Source: Octopus vulgaris (Eukaryota). Taken from it: a DNA stretch of 64,000 nucleotides. How positions within the stretch are numbered: the first letter of the stretch is position 1; every line of letters begins with the position of its first letter. The notes under the pieces were generated by a model. That model was not told where the DNA came from. It did not search any database and was given only the letters and a program-made list of their open reading frames with translations. The stretch is taken from positions 111,662,001-111,726,000 of the forward strand of contig OX597818.1 in the NCBI GenBank assembly GCA_951406725.2, given 5' to 3'. The position numbers and the translations under genes were made by a program. This document shows, in pieces, positions 27,330 through 40,424 of this stretch.

Positions 27330-27910
27330 GCAGTTCTTAACTGGGGTCCTTATGACCCTTGGGGTGGAGTGGGTTTATGGATCCCTATAACATTCTGCTG
27401 TTAAAAATTGAGTCCAATAAATTGGATATAATTCTACAATACATAAAATATTTCAGTTGTTTTTAATAGAATTCCCAATAATACAGTTCTGTATTTAAAA
27501 GATGAGGAATTATCTACACTATTTACATTATTTACATTTGACGGATATTTGTCCTCATCTTGTTTGTTGTTAACACAACATTTCGGCTGATATATACTCC
27601 AGCCTTCATTATCAGCCGAAACGTCGTGTTAACAACAAACAAGATGAGGACAAATGTAAATAATGTAAATAGTGTAGATAATTCCTCATCTTTTAAATAT
27701 AGAACTGTATTATTGGGAATTCTATTAAAAACAACTAAAATATCCGTCAAATGCAAATAATGTAAATAATCCCCAATAATATTTAATAAAAATATAATGA
27801 TAGGAAGTTTTAAACATCGAATGGCAGTGAGGGGCCAGTGAGGGGCCAGTAAAATAGGGAGCAAAAGGCGTCCATAGGCAAAAGAAGAAAAAAAAGGGTT
27901 GAGAAGTGCT
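27330..27910. mobile_element. Degenerate hAT-like MITE carrying a nested palindromic insertion
   Basis: Ends resemble GTTCTTAACTGGGGTCC and GTCCATAGG...GGTTGAGAA; a similar left end lies at 1827-1890. Confidence 0.5.
27449..27770. repeat. Complex fold-back of a hammerhead-bearing Penelope-type terminal fragment
   Basis: Inverted arms meet at 27609/27610. The minus strand reads (CTG lost)ATGA A GGCTG..CAGCC GAAA TG TT GTGT; the plus arm carries CAGCC GAAA CG TC GTGT. Confidence 0.8.
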
Positions 27911-28363
27911 TCTCTGGTGATATTGGTGGAGTTTGGTGGTTAGCGGGAACCAAAGTAGATTTGTGTTCGTGGACGGGAATGGAATTCATGAGTTTTAGAG
28001 AAACGAAAAAAGTTTTCAGTTACGGCTTTTTTGTGAGGTGAAGTTCTGGAGAAGGTTATAAATCATGTAAAAAAAGAAGATAAGCAGAAATAAATCAATG
28101 CAAGAAATGAATACAAACAAAAGCGCAACAGCCCGTTTTCATGGAATCTATAAGGATACTCGATCTGTTAGAAAGAGCAGCCAAATCTTCAAAGTACAAC
28201 TAAACTATCTTAGAAAATGGAGTAACTTATCGGATAAAGCAATCCTTCTCGTACGCTAGGAAAGAGACTGACGATATAGTCATGGCTGGAAAGCCTAGGT
28301 TCATAAATCTGCTGAATCGGGTCCGATATGGGGTTAAGCAACAAGGAAATTGTTGATTTAGAC

Positions 28364-28658
28364 CAGAGGTTCTCAAACATTTGGGGCTCCCGCCCCACTC
28401 ATGGCAATATAATATCATCAGCTCCTATTCTTATGCAAAAATAGATATTTTATAATTTACTAATTTACATATACTATGAATCACTGGATATTTAATATGA
28501 TATTATATATTTTGTAAACAATACTATAATAATATTATAAATTCATAGCTTCCTCCAAATCACTGCCTTCCTCCCCACGACTCCTTTTTCTCTACCGCCC
28601 CAGCGCCCACCTCGACTGTCTCAACGCCCACTGGGGGGGCCCGCCTTGAGAACCTATG
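28364..28658. mobile_element. hAT (Charlie-like) MITE
   Basis: TIRs CAGAGGTTCTCAA / TTGAGAACCTATG; 8-bp TSD ATTTAGAC / ATTTAGAA. Confidence 0.8.
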
Positions 28659-31149
28659 ATTTAGAATAACTTAACTGGCAACAAGGAAACAAGAACAGCT
28701 TCAACATTTGGGTAAAAATTATCTACAAAACTAGTTTATGATTTGAGGTAAGAAGTTGGCTGTAAAACATTACTTTCCTTTATAATATCAGATAGAAAAT
28801 GTATCTAATGACTAAAATATGATAGGAATAACAAAATATGAAGGAACATTCTCCGGGAACACATGACAGAATCAATATTGTATTTTTGTCCGCAAATCTA
28901 ATTCTTTATTCAAAACCTTTACAAACAAAGAAAATAATATACATTCCGGAACGTATCTTATATCCTGAAGTCTTACAGGAAAAATGAGCCTGACCAGAAT
29001 CAATATGATAGAATGGTAAAATATCTTGAGGAATTAACATTAGCAAGACAAAAAGGAAAAAGACAAAAAAAAAAGAAATAGCCAATATGCTGTAGTCTGA
29101 AGCAAACTGCTGTCTTTAAAGGTATTCTAAGGTAAACGTAGATAATTCAATGAATAGATGGATGCTTGGAAGTGCATTGTAAAGAAGAGGAACGACTGGA
29201 CACCTCGGAACAGATGGTGATCGACAGGAAGCGACTTATATCCAGCTGGATAAAGAAATATAGTGAACTGACGTAATCTTCGTAGCGAACAGGGAAGAAT
29301 GAACTAAATAGAGTACATTCAGGATTTCTATGAAAAGAGAGACAGATTTAAAAGAAAAATATTAGAAATAACATCTTAAAAACATAAAAATAGAAATATT
29401 CACTCCGCAGATTTAGACGTGTAGGAAATGACATAGTGTGACGTATGTGCTTTGCTGAAAGAGTTGATAATGGCGTAAGTGAAGTCAAATGGTACGCAGC
29501 GACTTTACATCTTTTATTATTGCGCTCAACATTGACTTCCAAAGAGAATGATGATTAAACAGAAAAAAAATAAAGAAAGAAACCTAAAGAAATACATATA
29601 TATTTTTTTTTGAAGTGCACACTGTTTGAATTGAACAGAATCAATACATTATTAACACATGCGATAGATGAATGTAAGCGGGATATTTTAAGAATATTCA
29701 TAACAGTAAAACCTGCTATAACTCCGGGAGGTCATTGAATGACCTCGCTTGAGTTGCATAATGAGGGCATTTTATGAAGAAAATTTAACTTTAAAAATTA
29801 TATAAGCAAAGAAACACACAAAAAAAAACAACGACAACACAAAAGACAAATGCAACACGACGTTGGTTAATGGCAAAAATTGCATTAAAATTATTTGATC
29901 AGAATATCAGATAAAAGAGGCGTTAATTAAGTGGCACATTCTAAAGTAAATTAACATCAACTATAACACTAAAATAAAATTTAAAACAAAACAAAAATAT
30001 AAAACAAAAGAAAAACTTAAAATAAAAATACTTTAGTTGCTATGGCAGCCATTTTATTTTTGTTGAAAACAGCGACAAAGAAACATAAAATAGCAAAATA
30101 AACAAAATCACGATGAAATAAAATGTAAAATAAAAATATGAGGTAACGTTCTGCTGTAAGCTAATGCTTTGGTATTGTTCAGTTGCAAGGCGCTTCGTAG
30201 TAATGGGTCTGTTCTCTCTCTCTCTTTTACTGCCCGTCATCAATCTAACAAGCGCTGTAACTATCACTATGGGAGGTGGTAGGGGCGGGGGCGTGGGGGA
30301 GTGGAGTTGAGGGGTGGGAGAGATCATTGTGATGATAACCCCCACCATGATTTTCATCGTCGTCATCTTCTTACTCCTCATCCTCCGCCCCTCCTCCTCC
30401 TCCTCATCATCATCATCGTCATCGTCATCAAAAGAAATAGTTCTGCCACAATCGCTATGACAACGCGGCGCCTACCACCAGCATCTCAACCACTACCACC
30501 AACACCACCACCACAAACAACAACAAATAACAACAATCCCCCAACACCAGCACTACCAACAACAGTAACAACAACAACACCAACACCAACAACAACAATA
30601 ACAATAACAATACCAACACCACTACCAACAACAACAACCCCAACAACAAAACCACCACCACCACCGACAACAACAACAACAATAACAACAACACGACGAC
30701 GACGACCACCACCACCACCACAAACAAAACAACACGACTAGCAGTACTACAACGACCAATCAACATCCCCATCATCATCACCAGCATCTCTTACATCAAT
30801 ACAAGACACTACTAGGTCGGTCGAAGTGTTAGAAAGAGCAGCGAAATCATAACCTAGAGATTTAGATAAGGAAGGACAAAGACACATTGAACAATGTATT
30901 ATAATAGATATAAAAACAGAAGGAACAACAAGAATGTTATTTGTCAACGTTCCTCCTAAAAATAGCAGTCAAATCCACTCGAATTACATCCGGCCATTTT
31001 TAAATAGCAGCATGACTATGTATGAAAATGAGACGAAGTGGTCGTGGGTGGATTGTCTTCGATCATGTGTGCTCTAACGGACCAACATGGGCGCTCAAGG
31101 GATAAAAGCTGCAGCAGTAGCAACTATTTTTTCTTTTGCTGCTGCTATA

Positions 31150-31270
31150 TGGTTTCGGGTTCAGTCCCACTGCGTGGCACCTTGGGCAAGTGTTTTCTAC
31201 TCTAGCTTCGGGCCGGCCAAAGCCTTGGGAGTGGATTTGGGAGACGGAAACTGAAAGAAGCCCGTCGAAG

Positions 31271-31314
<44 letters not shown>

Positions 31315-31510
31315 GTGTGTTTGTCCCCCTCCAACATCGCTTGACAACCGATGCTGGTGTGTTTATGTCCCTGTAAATTAACAGTTCGGCAAATGAGACT
31401 GATAGAATAAATACTAGACTTACAAAGAATAAGTCCTGGGGTCGATTTGCTTGACTAAACGCGGTGCTCCAGCATGTCCGCAGTCACATGACTGAAACAA
31501 GTAAAAGAAT
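31150..31510 (+). mobile_element. SINE family A copy
   Basis: Homology to the other copies. Confidence 0.85.
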
Positions 31511-31755
31511 GAATGTATGTATGGATGTAAGTAGGTAGGTAGGTGTAAATATATATACACATGTGTGTGTGTGTGTATTGGTGATTTAACTGCTATGCGT
31601 AGACTATGTATGCTTATACATACATTTTGTGGCACTCCGTCGGTTACGACGACGAGGGTTCCAGTTGATCCGATCAACGAAACAACCTGCTCGTGAAATT
31701 AACGTGCAAGTGGCTGAGCACTCCACAGACACGTGTACCCTTAACGTAGTTCTTG

Positions 31756-32060
31756 GACTTTGCCTTTCATCCTTTCGGGGTCGATAAATTAAGTACCAGT
31801 TACGCACTGGAGTCGATGTAATCGACTTAATCCGTTTGTCTGCCCTTGTTTGTCCTCTCTATGTTTAACCCCTTGTGGACAATAAAGAAATAAGTATTTC
31901 GTCTGCCGCTACGTTCTGAGTTCAAATTCCGCCGAGGTCGACTTTGCCTTTCATCCTTTCGGGGTCGATTAAATAAGTACCAGTTACGCACTGGGGTCGA
32001 TATAATCCACCTTTTTTTTTCCCCAAAAAAATGTTCAAGGCCTTGTACCAAGAGTATAAA
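31756..32060 (+). mobile_element. SINE family C, second dimeric arrangement (5'-truncated)
   Basis: Same tail-to-head junction (AATAAAGAAATA-AGTATTTCGTCTG) as at 3971-3995. Confidence 0.8.
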
Positions 32061-33218
32061 ACAATATATATTGGTTTTAAATTTAGGCACAAGGTCAGCA
32101 AGGTAAGTCAATTGCATCACCCCCACCCCCCGTGATCAACTGGTTCTTATTTCATCGACTCACCACCAAAAGGGATGACAGACCAAATCCACCTCGACCC
32201 GATTTGAACTCAGATTGTGTAGATGGGCGGCAAAATGGAGAAGTAAATATTTCCTTTGAATTACTTTTATGAATAAGATCTTTACACTTTTTTACTCTTT
32301 TACTCTTTTACTTGTTTCAGTCATTTGACTGCGGCCATGCTGGAGCACCGCCTTTAATCGAGCAACTCGACCCCGGGACTTATTCTTTTGTAAGCCCATG
32401 TTTTAATGTGCTTTTCAATCTGAAGGAGTTTTATTTGTGAACAAAATAAATATTGAGTCTGTTTATTTTATTGGCGGGTCTCAATACTGCAAAAGGATTA
32501 TGTTTAACGGTATTAATTGATAAATTTGTTTTGCATACAGACACACAGAGACACACAAAGACGTGCACACGCACTCGCATTCACATACCCTTATAAATAA
32601 GAGAGAGAGAGCAGAGAGGAAATAGGTTAACATCTTGAGTAAACAACATAGATTTCGCTTTCAGAATCACGTAATCCCATGTCAACAATATCGATGAAAA
32701 AAATTTTGTCTGTATTTGTAAATAAACCATTCTATCAAGAGTGATAGGAGAAATGACAGATTCCAGGGTATATGTAAATCTGATATATTCAGATGAACAG
32801 AAGCAAAACACTATTAAGAGACGTTTAAGTATATATACAAGCGAACTGTATTTACCTAAATGTTTTCACGAAGTTTACACTTATTTGTCTAGTTGAAACT
32901 TAGTCCATTAAAATAAGCTGTTTCGGCACAGCCATATGTCACGTCACGTTAGTTTGAGTTTATTGTGTTTTAAACAAGCAAAGTCAGTCATTTTAAGCGA
33001 TTTTAAATTGTCAATCATCGAGTTAAGGAAAATATACAAATCATGAAAAAAGCATCAGGTATTAAAACTATTTCAACAAAAGGCAGATTATAAAAGAAGA
33101 TTATGAAATGAACGATATGACTAAATAAATGGATTATAGAAGGGGGATAATAAAACGAAAGGTGGCATTAAATCGATTAAAATTTTTACTATAATTTGTT
33201 GAACCTTTTTATCATTTA

Positions 33219-33612
33219 CTAGCAATATCGCCCGGCCTTTCTCGGGTTTGTTTCGACCCTTTAGAATTAGAATTTTTGAAAAGTAAAAATTTTGCATTAT
33301 GTAGCTTGTTATTCTCTTTAAGTGAACATTTTTCTGGTTGAAATACACCGAAAAATGGCGACACAGCAGTAAAAAAAATCGTAAAAAATAGGGATTTTCA
33401 TAGAAAAAAAAGCACCTTTTTTATGTAAATAATTTTTGGTGTTAACATGATCTGATTTGAGTTTTCTCTTCTACGGAAGGAAGAGCAAGCCTTCTTCTAT
33501 CATACTTTCAATTTTGGTCAATTTGCGCCGAAGGGTCTCGGAGGAGATAGTGTTAGTTCAAGGCTACCAAACCTGCCATACACAGACAACTTCAGTTTTA
33601 TATATAGAGAGA
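33219..33612 (-). mobile_element. Non-autonomous Helitron, second copy
   Basis: Closely similar to 13071-13460 along its length; TC...CTAG termini. Confidence 0.85.
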
Positions 33613-33965
33613 TGGGTGTCCTGTGACAGTGGTAGTCAAAGAAATGATCCGAATTTAGGAATAAAATTCACTATTTTATAGGTGCAGACGTGGCTGTGCG
33701 CTAAGAAGTTTGTTTTCATAATGCGTGGCACCTTCTACTATAGCCACAGATTGAACAAAGCCTTGTGAGTGGATTTGGTAGACGGAAGCTGAAAGAAGCC
33801 CGTCTCGTCGTCTCTTCTCAAAGCTCGTTTTTCCAGAGTTCACCACTTCGCCTTGTTATAGCTTAACAGCTCTTACCTTTTGTTATACTGTTTTGTTCTT
33901 ACTGTCCTGTTTTTGGCACCCCTTTAACACATCGCAAAAATCCCAAATTTTATTCAGTTTGCTTT

Positions 33966-34066
33966 GCGGAAAGAACTGTTTTAACGAAGTCGCGTCTTGT
34001 CCCAGCGTTCGAAATGCGGAGTAGATAAAACAGGGGACAACTGATGAAGGGATTGTTCTTTATGTT
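33966..34066 (+). ncRNA. Scrambled-order (non-circularly permuted) hammerhead, best-preserved copy
   Basis: GAAC/GTTC (II), TGTTTTA/TAAAACA (P4), CGCG/TGCG (III), GTC site at 33994-33996, TTGTCCC/GGGACAA (I), GAAA 34011-34014, CTGATGA 34041-34047. Confidence 0.75.
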
Positions 34067-34258
34067 GGCTGTCTCGTTTCTCTATTTATTTATTTCGTTG
34101 TTCGAAAAAAGTTCATTTTCCATGTTTTTGTTTTTTTATGTTCCCGTTTTTCATTTTGTTCACGTTGTTTTTTACGTCCTGTACACATATATGCAAGTAT
34201 ATACACATATATGCAAGTATATATACATATATATATATATATATACATATATATGCAA

Positions 34259-34307
<49 letters not shown>

Positions 34308-34511
34308 ATTTATATTATTATAAAATCGAACACCATGCATCCATTTCCGAATAAGTTTTATCTCTATGTATGTATGTATCTATCTATGTATCCATCCATC
34401 CATCCATCCATACATACATACATACATACATGCATGCATACATACATACATACATATATGCATACATACACACATACATATATACATATATACATATATA
34501 TATATATATAC

Positions 34512-34562
<51 letters not shown>

Positions 34563-35574
34563 TATACATATATATATATGTATATATATATACATATATA
34601 TATATATATGTATATATATATACATATATATATGTATATATATATATATATATATACATACATACATACATATATACATACATACATACATACATATATA
34701 GACTCGAAACGTAAAAGACTTTCTCACCTTGCCGAGCGTCAAACTAATACACCTGCTTGAGGTTTGTACGCCTGTCTTTGCCTTTTATTTTTCTGTAAAT
34801 TCCAACTTTATATAAACTGTGGCCTTTCTCTATACGGTTTCTGGTTAAAGCAGAAGGCCAACTGTTTTGAAGGGAGGTGGTTAAAAGATATCACTGACTG
34901 TACTACTTGGTCGGTACTTTACCTTTGGTACCACGGAAAAAAGGCAAAGTTAACCTTGGCGAGATTTGAAATCAGAATGAAAAGACTCTCCAGTTCTCCA
35001 CGTTCTTCAGCAAATATAAGAAAATAAAAGAAATACAAAACTAGATTATTTTAAGAGTGTTGTAGTTCCCTTGAAGCATTGTAGTAGAGGAGTAGAAAAT
35101 GAATGAAATGAAGAATAAGGAAATCTTCTAACAATGAAGAGAGTTGAAAAAGAAACTTTATATTTCGGACGCAAATGCCGATCTGAAGAATACAGTTCAA
35201 AATATTAACACAGATCCTGCCATTTTTGATAGTCCAGTGCTTGTGCTAGTAGCAGCGGTTACTCAAATGCTTGGGTATTACTGGTACCGTAGAGGTTACA
35301 TAGGGGTGGCGAAGACTAGCTGTAGATTGGCAGCAGTGGTAGTAAAGCGAGGGTGGTGATTCATGTTGGACAATAAATAAGTTACGTAGCACTATCTAGG
35401 AAACTGAAATATGGGAACAAATCAAGGAAGTATGTAATGACGTTATAAATAATTTGTCAGTCATTGAGATAAGTAAGATAAATAAAGTGTAAAGAGAAGT
35501 AAAAGCAGAAATTCATAAATCATTTATCGCCGTTGTCAGAATTTGACTCTTAATTTTCAATTCGACATATTAAG

Positions 35575-36067
35575 TTTCTTTATTGGCCACACAGGGCTGC
35601 ACACAGATGGGACGAGTTACAAGGTAGAGCTTTTCTTTTGGGAGAGAAAAAAAAAGGTGGCGTAGGTTTTCGATCAAAAGGGATCGTAAAAGGGAAAAAA
35701 GAACAAAAAAAAAAGGAAAAGAAAAAAGAAAAAAGGGAAAAGAAACAAAAGAAAAGAAAAATGAAAAAAGAAGAAAAAAGGGGAAGAGGAAAAAAAAACG
35801 ATCAATAGGGATCGTGTATCACAGTGTCATGATGTATGGTGTAAAGGGGAAAGCAAGTAAGGTTTATCCGTGGGAAAAAAAGCCTACGAAAAAGACCACG
35901 GTAACCTTGGTCAATATTGTTATATGTTACCACATTTGTTTGCAAGTGGGTAACCCTATGTTTTCAATTTCTGGGTTCATAGGATTATACTCAAGGTGGC
36001 TTCGTCATTCATACGTGCCATCCTTGCTACATTCACCCATCTTTTTTTAAAACGTTCGCTAGACAAA
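35575..36067 (-). mobile_element. 5'-truncated copy of the L1/Tx1-type LINE seen at 1-962
   Basis: Reverse complement matches 469-960, including the last ORF2 codons (KKRWVNVARMARMNDEATL) and the AATAAAGAAA terminus. Confidence 0.9.
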
Positions 36068-36304
36068 TCTACCAATTCTACGTACTCAGATCAGGGCCAC
36101 GAATGTGCTTTTGTGGTTAACGGGGTAACTTGACCATCTTCTAATTTCCAGAATATATTGTGTTTGTTACACTACTTTGCATCTCTTTTTAATGAATGAT
36201 TATATACTTCTGTTCATATCCATGCACAACTGGATTTGGGAGACATAAACCGACAGAACCCCGTCGTATACATACATGCATACATACATACATACAAACA
36301 TACA

Positions 36305-36443
<139 letters not shown>

Positions 36444-36758
36444 CTTATTTCTCACATATATTTTTTTCTCTCATCCTTTCCCTAATTCCCTTTTTACCCC
36501 CTTTATTGTTCTCCGTCACACCATCTTCCTCCGTTTCTCTCCCTCGTTGCTCACACGTGACCATCATCCATCTTTCTCTTTCTCACGTGATCATCTTTCT
36601 TTTCTTTAGGGTTCGTTCTTTGTCTTATTTGTCCTGTTTTCCATTTGCGTATTGAACTCATTTGTCTTCGTATTTCATGTTGTTTACTGTTGGTGACGTC
36701 CTGTACCCATATATGCACTGGCATAGATGTGGCAACATTTGAAATATTGTAGAGGTAT

Positions 36759-36830
36759 ATGCAGCTGATGAAGATAAATCAAATATATGTTGGCAAACGT
36801 ATTTTGAAGAATCTGAAACCGGTACTGCAT
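36759..36830 (+). ncRNA. Type I hammerhead, canonical core, copy 1
   Basis: ATGCAG CTGATGA A GAT..long stem II..ATC T GAAA CCGG TA CTGCAT; predicted cut after 36824. Confidence 0.8.
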
Positions 36831-37186
36831 TATCCGTTTCTAGGTTTTTCATTTTTCAGATGTTCTTCCTAGAGGTAAGACAATTTTTTTTCATGTTTGT
36901 TGCACACACGCATCTTTACTAGTAAATACGCAGTGAAGCTATACATTAGCGTCGTATTTATTACGTTCTCTATTTTCCAGTAAATATCGGTGCTTCGTTG
37001 TGCCATTTATTTACTTTTATATATGATTTTACCCTCATGGGCTATCCTTTACTGGAAAGAAATACTCTCGTATTGCATTACTATTTTCATTGAAACTTCT
37101 TCACTGTTCTCGTTCTGTTAACGTTTTGGCGTTCAGACGAGTGTACTGGCATAGATGTGGCAACATTTGAAATATTGTCGAGGTAT

Positions 37187-37258
37187 ATGCAGCTGATGAA
37201 GATAAATCAAATATATGTTGGCAAACGTATTTTGAAGAATCTGAAACCGGTACTGCAT
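37187..37258 (+). ncRNA. Type I hammerhead, canonical core, copy 2
   Basis: Identical to copy 1; predicted cut after 37252. Confidence 0.8.
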
Positions 37259-37442
37259 TATCCGTTTCTAGGTTTTTCATTGTTCAGATGTTCTTCCTAG
37301 AGGTAAGACAATTTTTTTCATGTCTGTTGCACACACGCATCTTTACTAGTAAATACGCAGTGAAGCTATACATTAGCGTCGTATTTATTACGTTCGCTAT
37401 TTTCCAGTAAACATCGTTGCTTCGTTGTGCCATTTATTTACT

Positions 37443-37477
<35 letters not shown>

Positions 37478-37514
37478 GTGTGTGTATATATATATACATA
37501 CATATATACATAAA

Positions 37515-37573
<59 letters not shown>

Positions 37574-37799
37574 ATATATACGCACACATACATACATATA
37601 TGTGTATTATATATATATAAATATATCTTTTTTAGAAACCAGTTCTCTCTCTTCAGAAGAAGAATCTAGATAATTAAAAAGACAAAAGAGAACACACACA
37701 CACACACACATACACACACACACACATACACACACACACACATACACACATACACCCACACCCACACACACACACACACACCATTAACAGCCAGTTTAT

Positions 37800-38520
37800 A
37801 AATACATTTTGAGTTCATAATATTTCTCTACACTCATTAAATATTTATTGCAGCGTAAAGAAATCTTCTCCATCCTTTTCCTTCCAGAATATTCCATAAC
37901 GGTGCTTAATCCTCTTTCCTTCCGCATTCCCCTTCTTCGGCACGTCTTTTGCTCTCTCTCCTCACATAATCCTCTAGCTTTAGTTTCGACAGAAGCGGCC
38001 GCCAGCATCTTAATAATAGAGAACAGTCGAAAAATGATGCGGTTGAAGTGGTTTTCGTTCTGAAGACATATATTAATTCGTGCCATTCGAGCGTCTTTTA
38101 CATCCTGTTGACGACACCAGATTTGCACAAAGAGCTTTTAGCAACTGTTGAAAATATGAAGAAATGATCTATCCTTTAAATTTCTTAAAATTTCCTGAGG
38201 CTCTGCTGCAAAACTGACCAGTTGAGCGAAAAACTTCTGTCATATATTCTATATCACACCCAAAGGGAAAAACCGACACTTCTGCAATATTGTTAATATC
38301 CCTTAGATTTCACTCGGTTAATTAACGTACACTTATCGTTGGAACCAATCGGAAATACAAGAAGCCTGGATATTTTAATGGTGAAACTTCTCAAAAATTG
38401 CTGTCGGTGTATTGTGGGCACTTTACCCTTATCCCAATGCGATTACAGTATCAAGCATTATCCGGATCCTTGTTACTTCTACACTTGAACACAATATTTT
38501 CACTATTTAAATTCGATAAA
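37800..38520 (-). pseudogene. Possible highly decayed piggyBac-type transposase remnant
   Basis: Fragmentary translations (YTDSNF, FRLFSIIKML, KTCRRRGMRKE) fall in the order expected for piggyBac core and C-terminal motifs; many stops and frameshifts. Confidence 0.3.
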
Positions 38521-38617
38521 TATATCAGCTTATTTAGTTTCTACATGTACTTTACAGTGTTTTCAATTTTGTTCCTGAAGTTCAAAGGTCAAATCAGACA
38601 ATCGAATTATTATTATT

Positions 38618-38677
<60 letters not shown>

Positions 38678-38711
38678 ATTATTATTATTATTATTATCAT
38701 TATTATTATTA

Positions 38712-38763
<52 letters not shown>

Positions 38764-38776
38764 CATCATCTTTATT

Positions 38777-39080
38777 GTGAAGGCGCATGGCTCATTGGTT
38801 AGAGCGTCCATTTTACGACCGGGTTGCGTGTTGCGTTCTTGAGCAAGACACTTTATTTCACATTGCTCCAGTTCACTAAGCTGTAGAAATGAGTTGCGAC
38901 ATCACTGATGCCAAGTTGTATCGGCCCCTTTGCCTTTCCCTTGGATAACATTGGTGGCGTGGAGAGGGGAGGCTGGTATGCATGGGCGACTGCTGGCCTT
39001 CCATAAACAACCTTGCCCGAACTTGTGCCTGGAAGGGTAACTTTCTAGTTGCAATCCCATTGTCAGTCAGGACCGAAGGA
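38777..39080 (+). mobile_element. tRNA-derived CORE-like SINE (distinct tail) following (ATT)n
   Basis: GGCGCATGGCTCATTGGTTAGAGCG A-box head; GTTCTTGAGCAAGACACTTTATTTCACATTGCTCCAG core. Confidence 0.75.
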
Positions 39081-39999
39081 TGTTTCCGACTCCGATTATT
39101 ATTAATATTATAGTAGACGTCGTACAGTATACAATATCATGACGTTGTTGATTGAAGATATTGTGTCTACCGGGGTTTTGTACTGTCTGTCAAGTCACAG
39201 CAAGGACCTGAGACAGACAGTACTTTATGCAATATGCGTGCATTATTCCAAATAATGCCGACTTTTGCAATACACTTAGATTGTAGGGTATTTCTAAAGT
39301 TTTCAGGTTTTTTTTTTAGATTAGATGGTATTGAACCCATCGTCCATAGTTGTCAACGATGACCACTTACATTACGGTGACCACGGACATCACGATGACC
39401 ACGGGAGAAGAAGACGGAGCAGGGTGTGTGCGGATGTGGCCGGTTAATACGACGCGTGCTCGGAAGGCTCTGCTGCAGATAGGACACTGGTGTTCTGCTG
39501 AGACTGAAGGCAAGGTGTTAGCTCTGGACTTGCGCATTTAGCATTTTCTTTGTGGTTCTGCAATCCAATCGTAAGAAGTGACACCTCTGTTGGTGCAGCT
39601 TCGCCGAGCAGAACGGTCTTGCGCTTGCGTTTCTCCGGTGTCGGGGTTGATTTCAAGAGTCTTCAGCGAGGCTTTGTGCGTATCCTAGAAGAGCTCTTTC
39701 TGTCCATCATTTCCCGACACTCCGAATTTTCCCCTTTCCGTACTGTCTCAATAATCACAATTCACTCATCTTAAACGCTCCTAAATTGTCTTATATGATA
39801 GCGATATTTTCATTACATTTTGATTACGATAAAGCAATGCGTATTACACCAAAAATAAAAGACTAATCGTCAGCACTTGACTTTGGGTCTTTAGAGATTT
39901 ATAAGGAATACAAGACATTACGAAATATCCGAAAATAATTGAAATCTGCAATTTCAATTAAAACATCGCTTATTCCAGGGCCAAAGACTTATGTTTGGG

Positions 40000-40330
40000 A
40001 AATCAACGAGGAAGAATTGTGCAGCTGATGTTACAACTGATATCACATTCTCATTTTGGTGCTATATTAAGAAAGCCCCACCATTTTGGAAGGATCTTAG
40101 AAGCCCGTCGTTTACAATCTGCATTTACAGTAAATCTGCAATGTTCTAAGACTAACTTGAATGATGGAGCTTTGGAAGATTTACCAAAGGAGACATCTAG
40201 AACAGCTTCTTGCCATTGTTGCAGGGGATTCGCCAATCACAAAAGATATTTTAGACTGCTTAGAAAACTGTATTTGTTACACCATTGGCTTTCATACTTT
40301 CACATTTTTTTTCTTTTGCAATATCTGTGT
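40000..40330 (-). pseudogene. Possible decayed LINE RT N-terminal fragment
   Basis: LQQWQEAVL...CRFTVNADCKRRASKIL loosely resembles W.EA.I...YRPISLLN.DYKILSKIL. Confidence 0.3.
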
Positions 40331-40424
40331 CCATGAGTGAGCGAAGTTAGTTTATACCATTCCTTTCTTGTAAGACCAATTCGTGAATTGTTCATCATTG
40401 CGAACGATATTATATAAAATAGTA

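Larger units (their letters stand above)
36717..37450 (+). repeat. Direct repeat of about 305 bp, period 428, each copy containing a hammerhead
   Basis: 36717-37020 is near-identical to 37145-37448. Confidence 0.9.
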
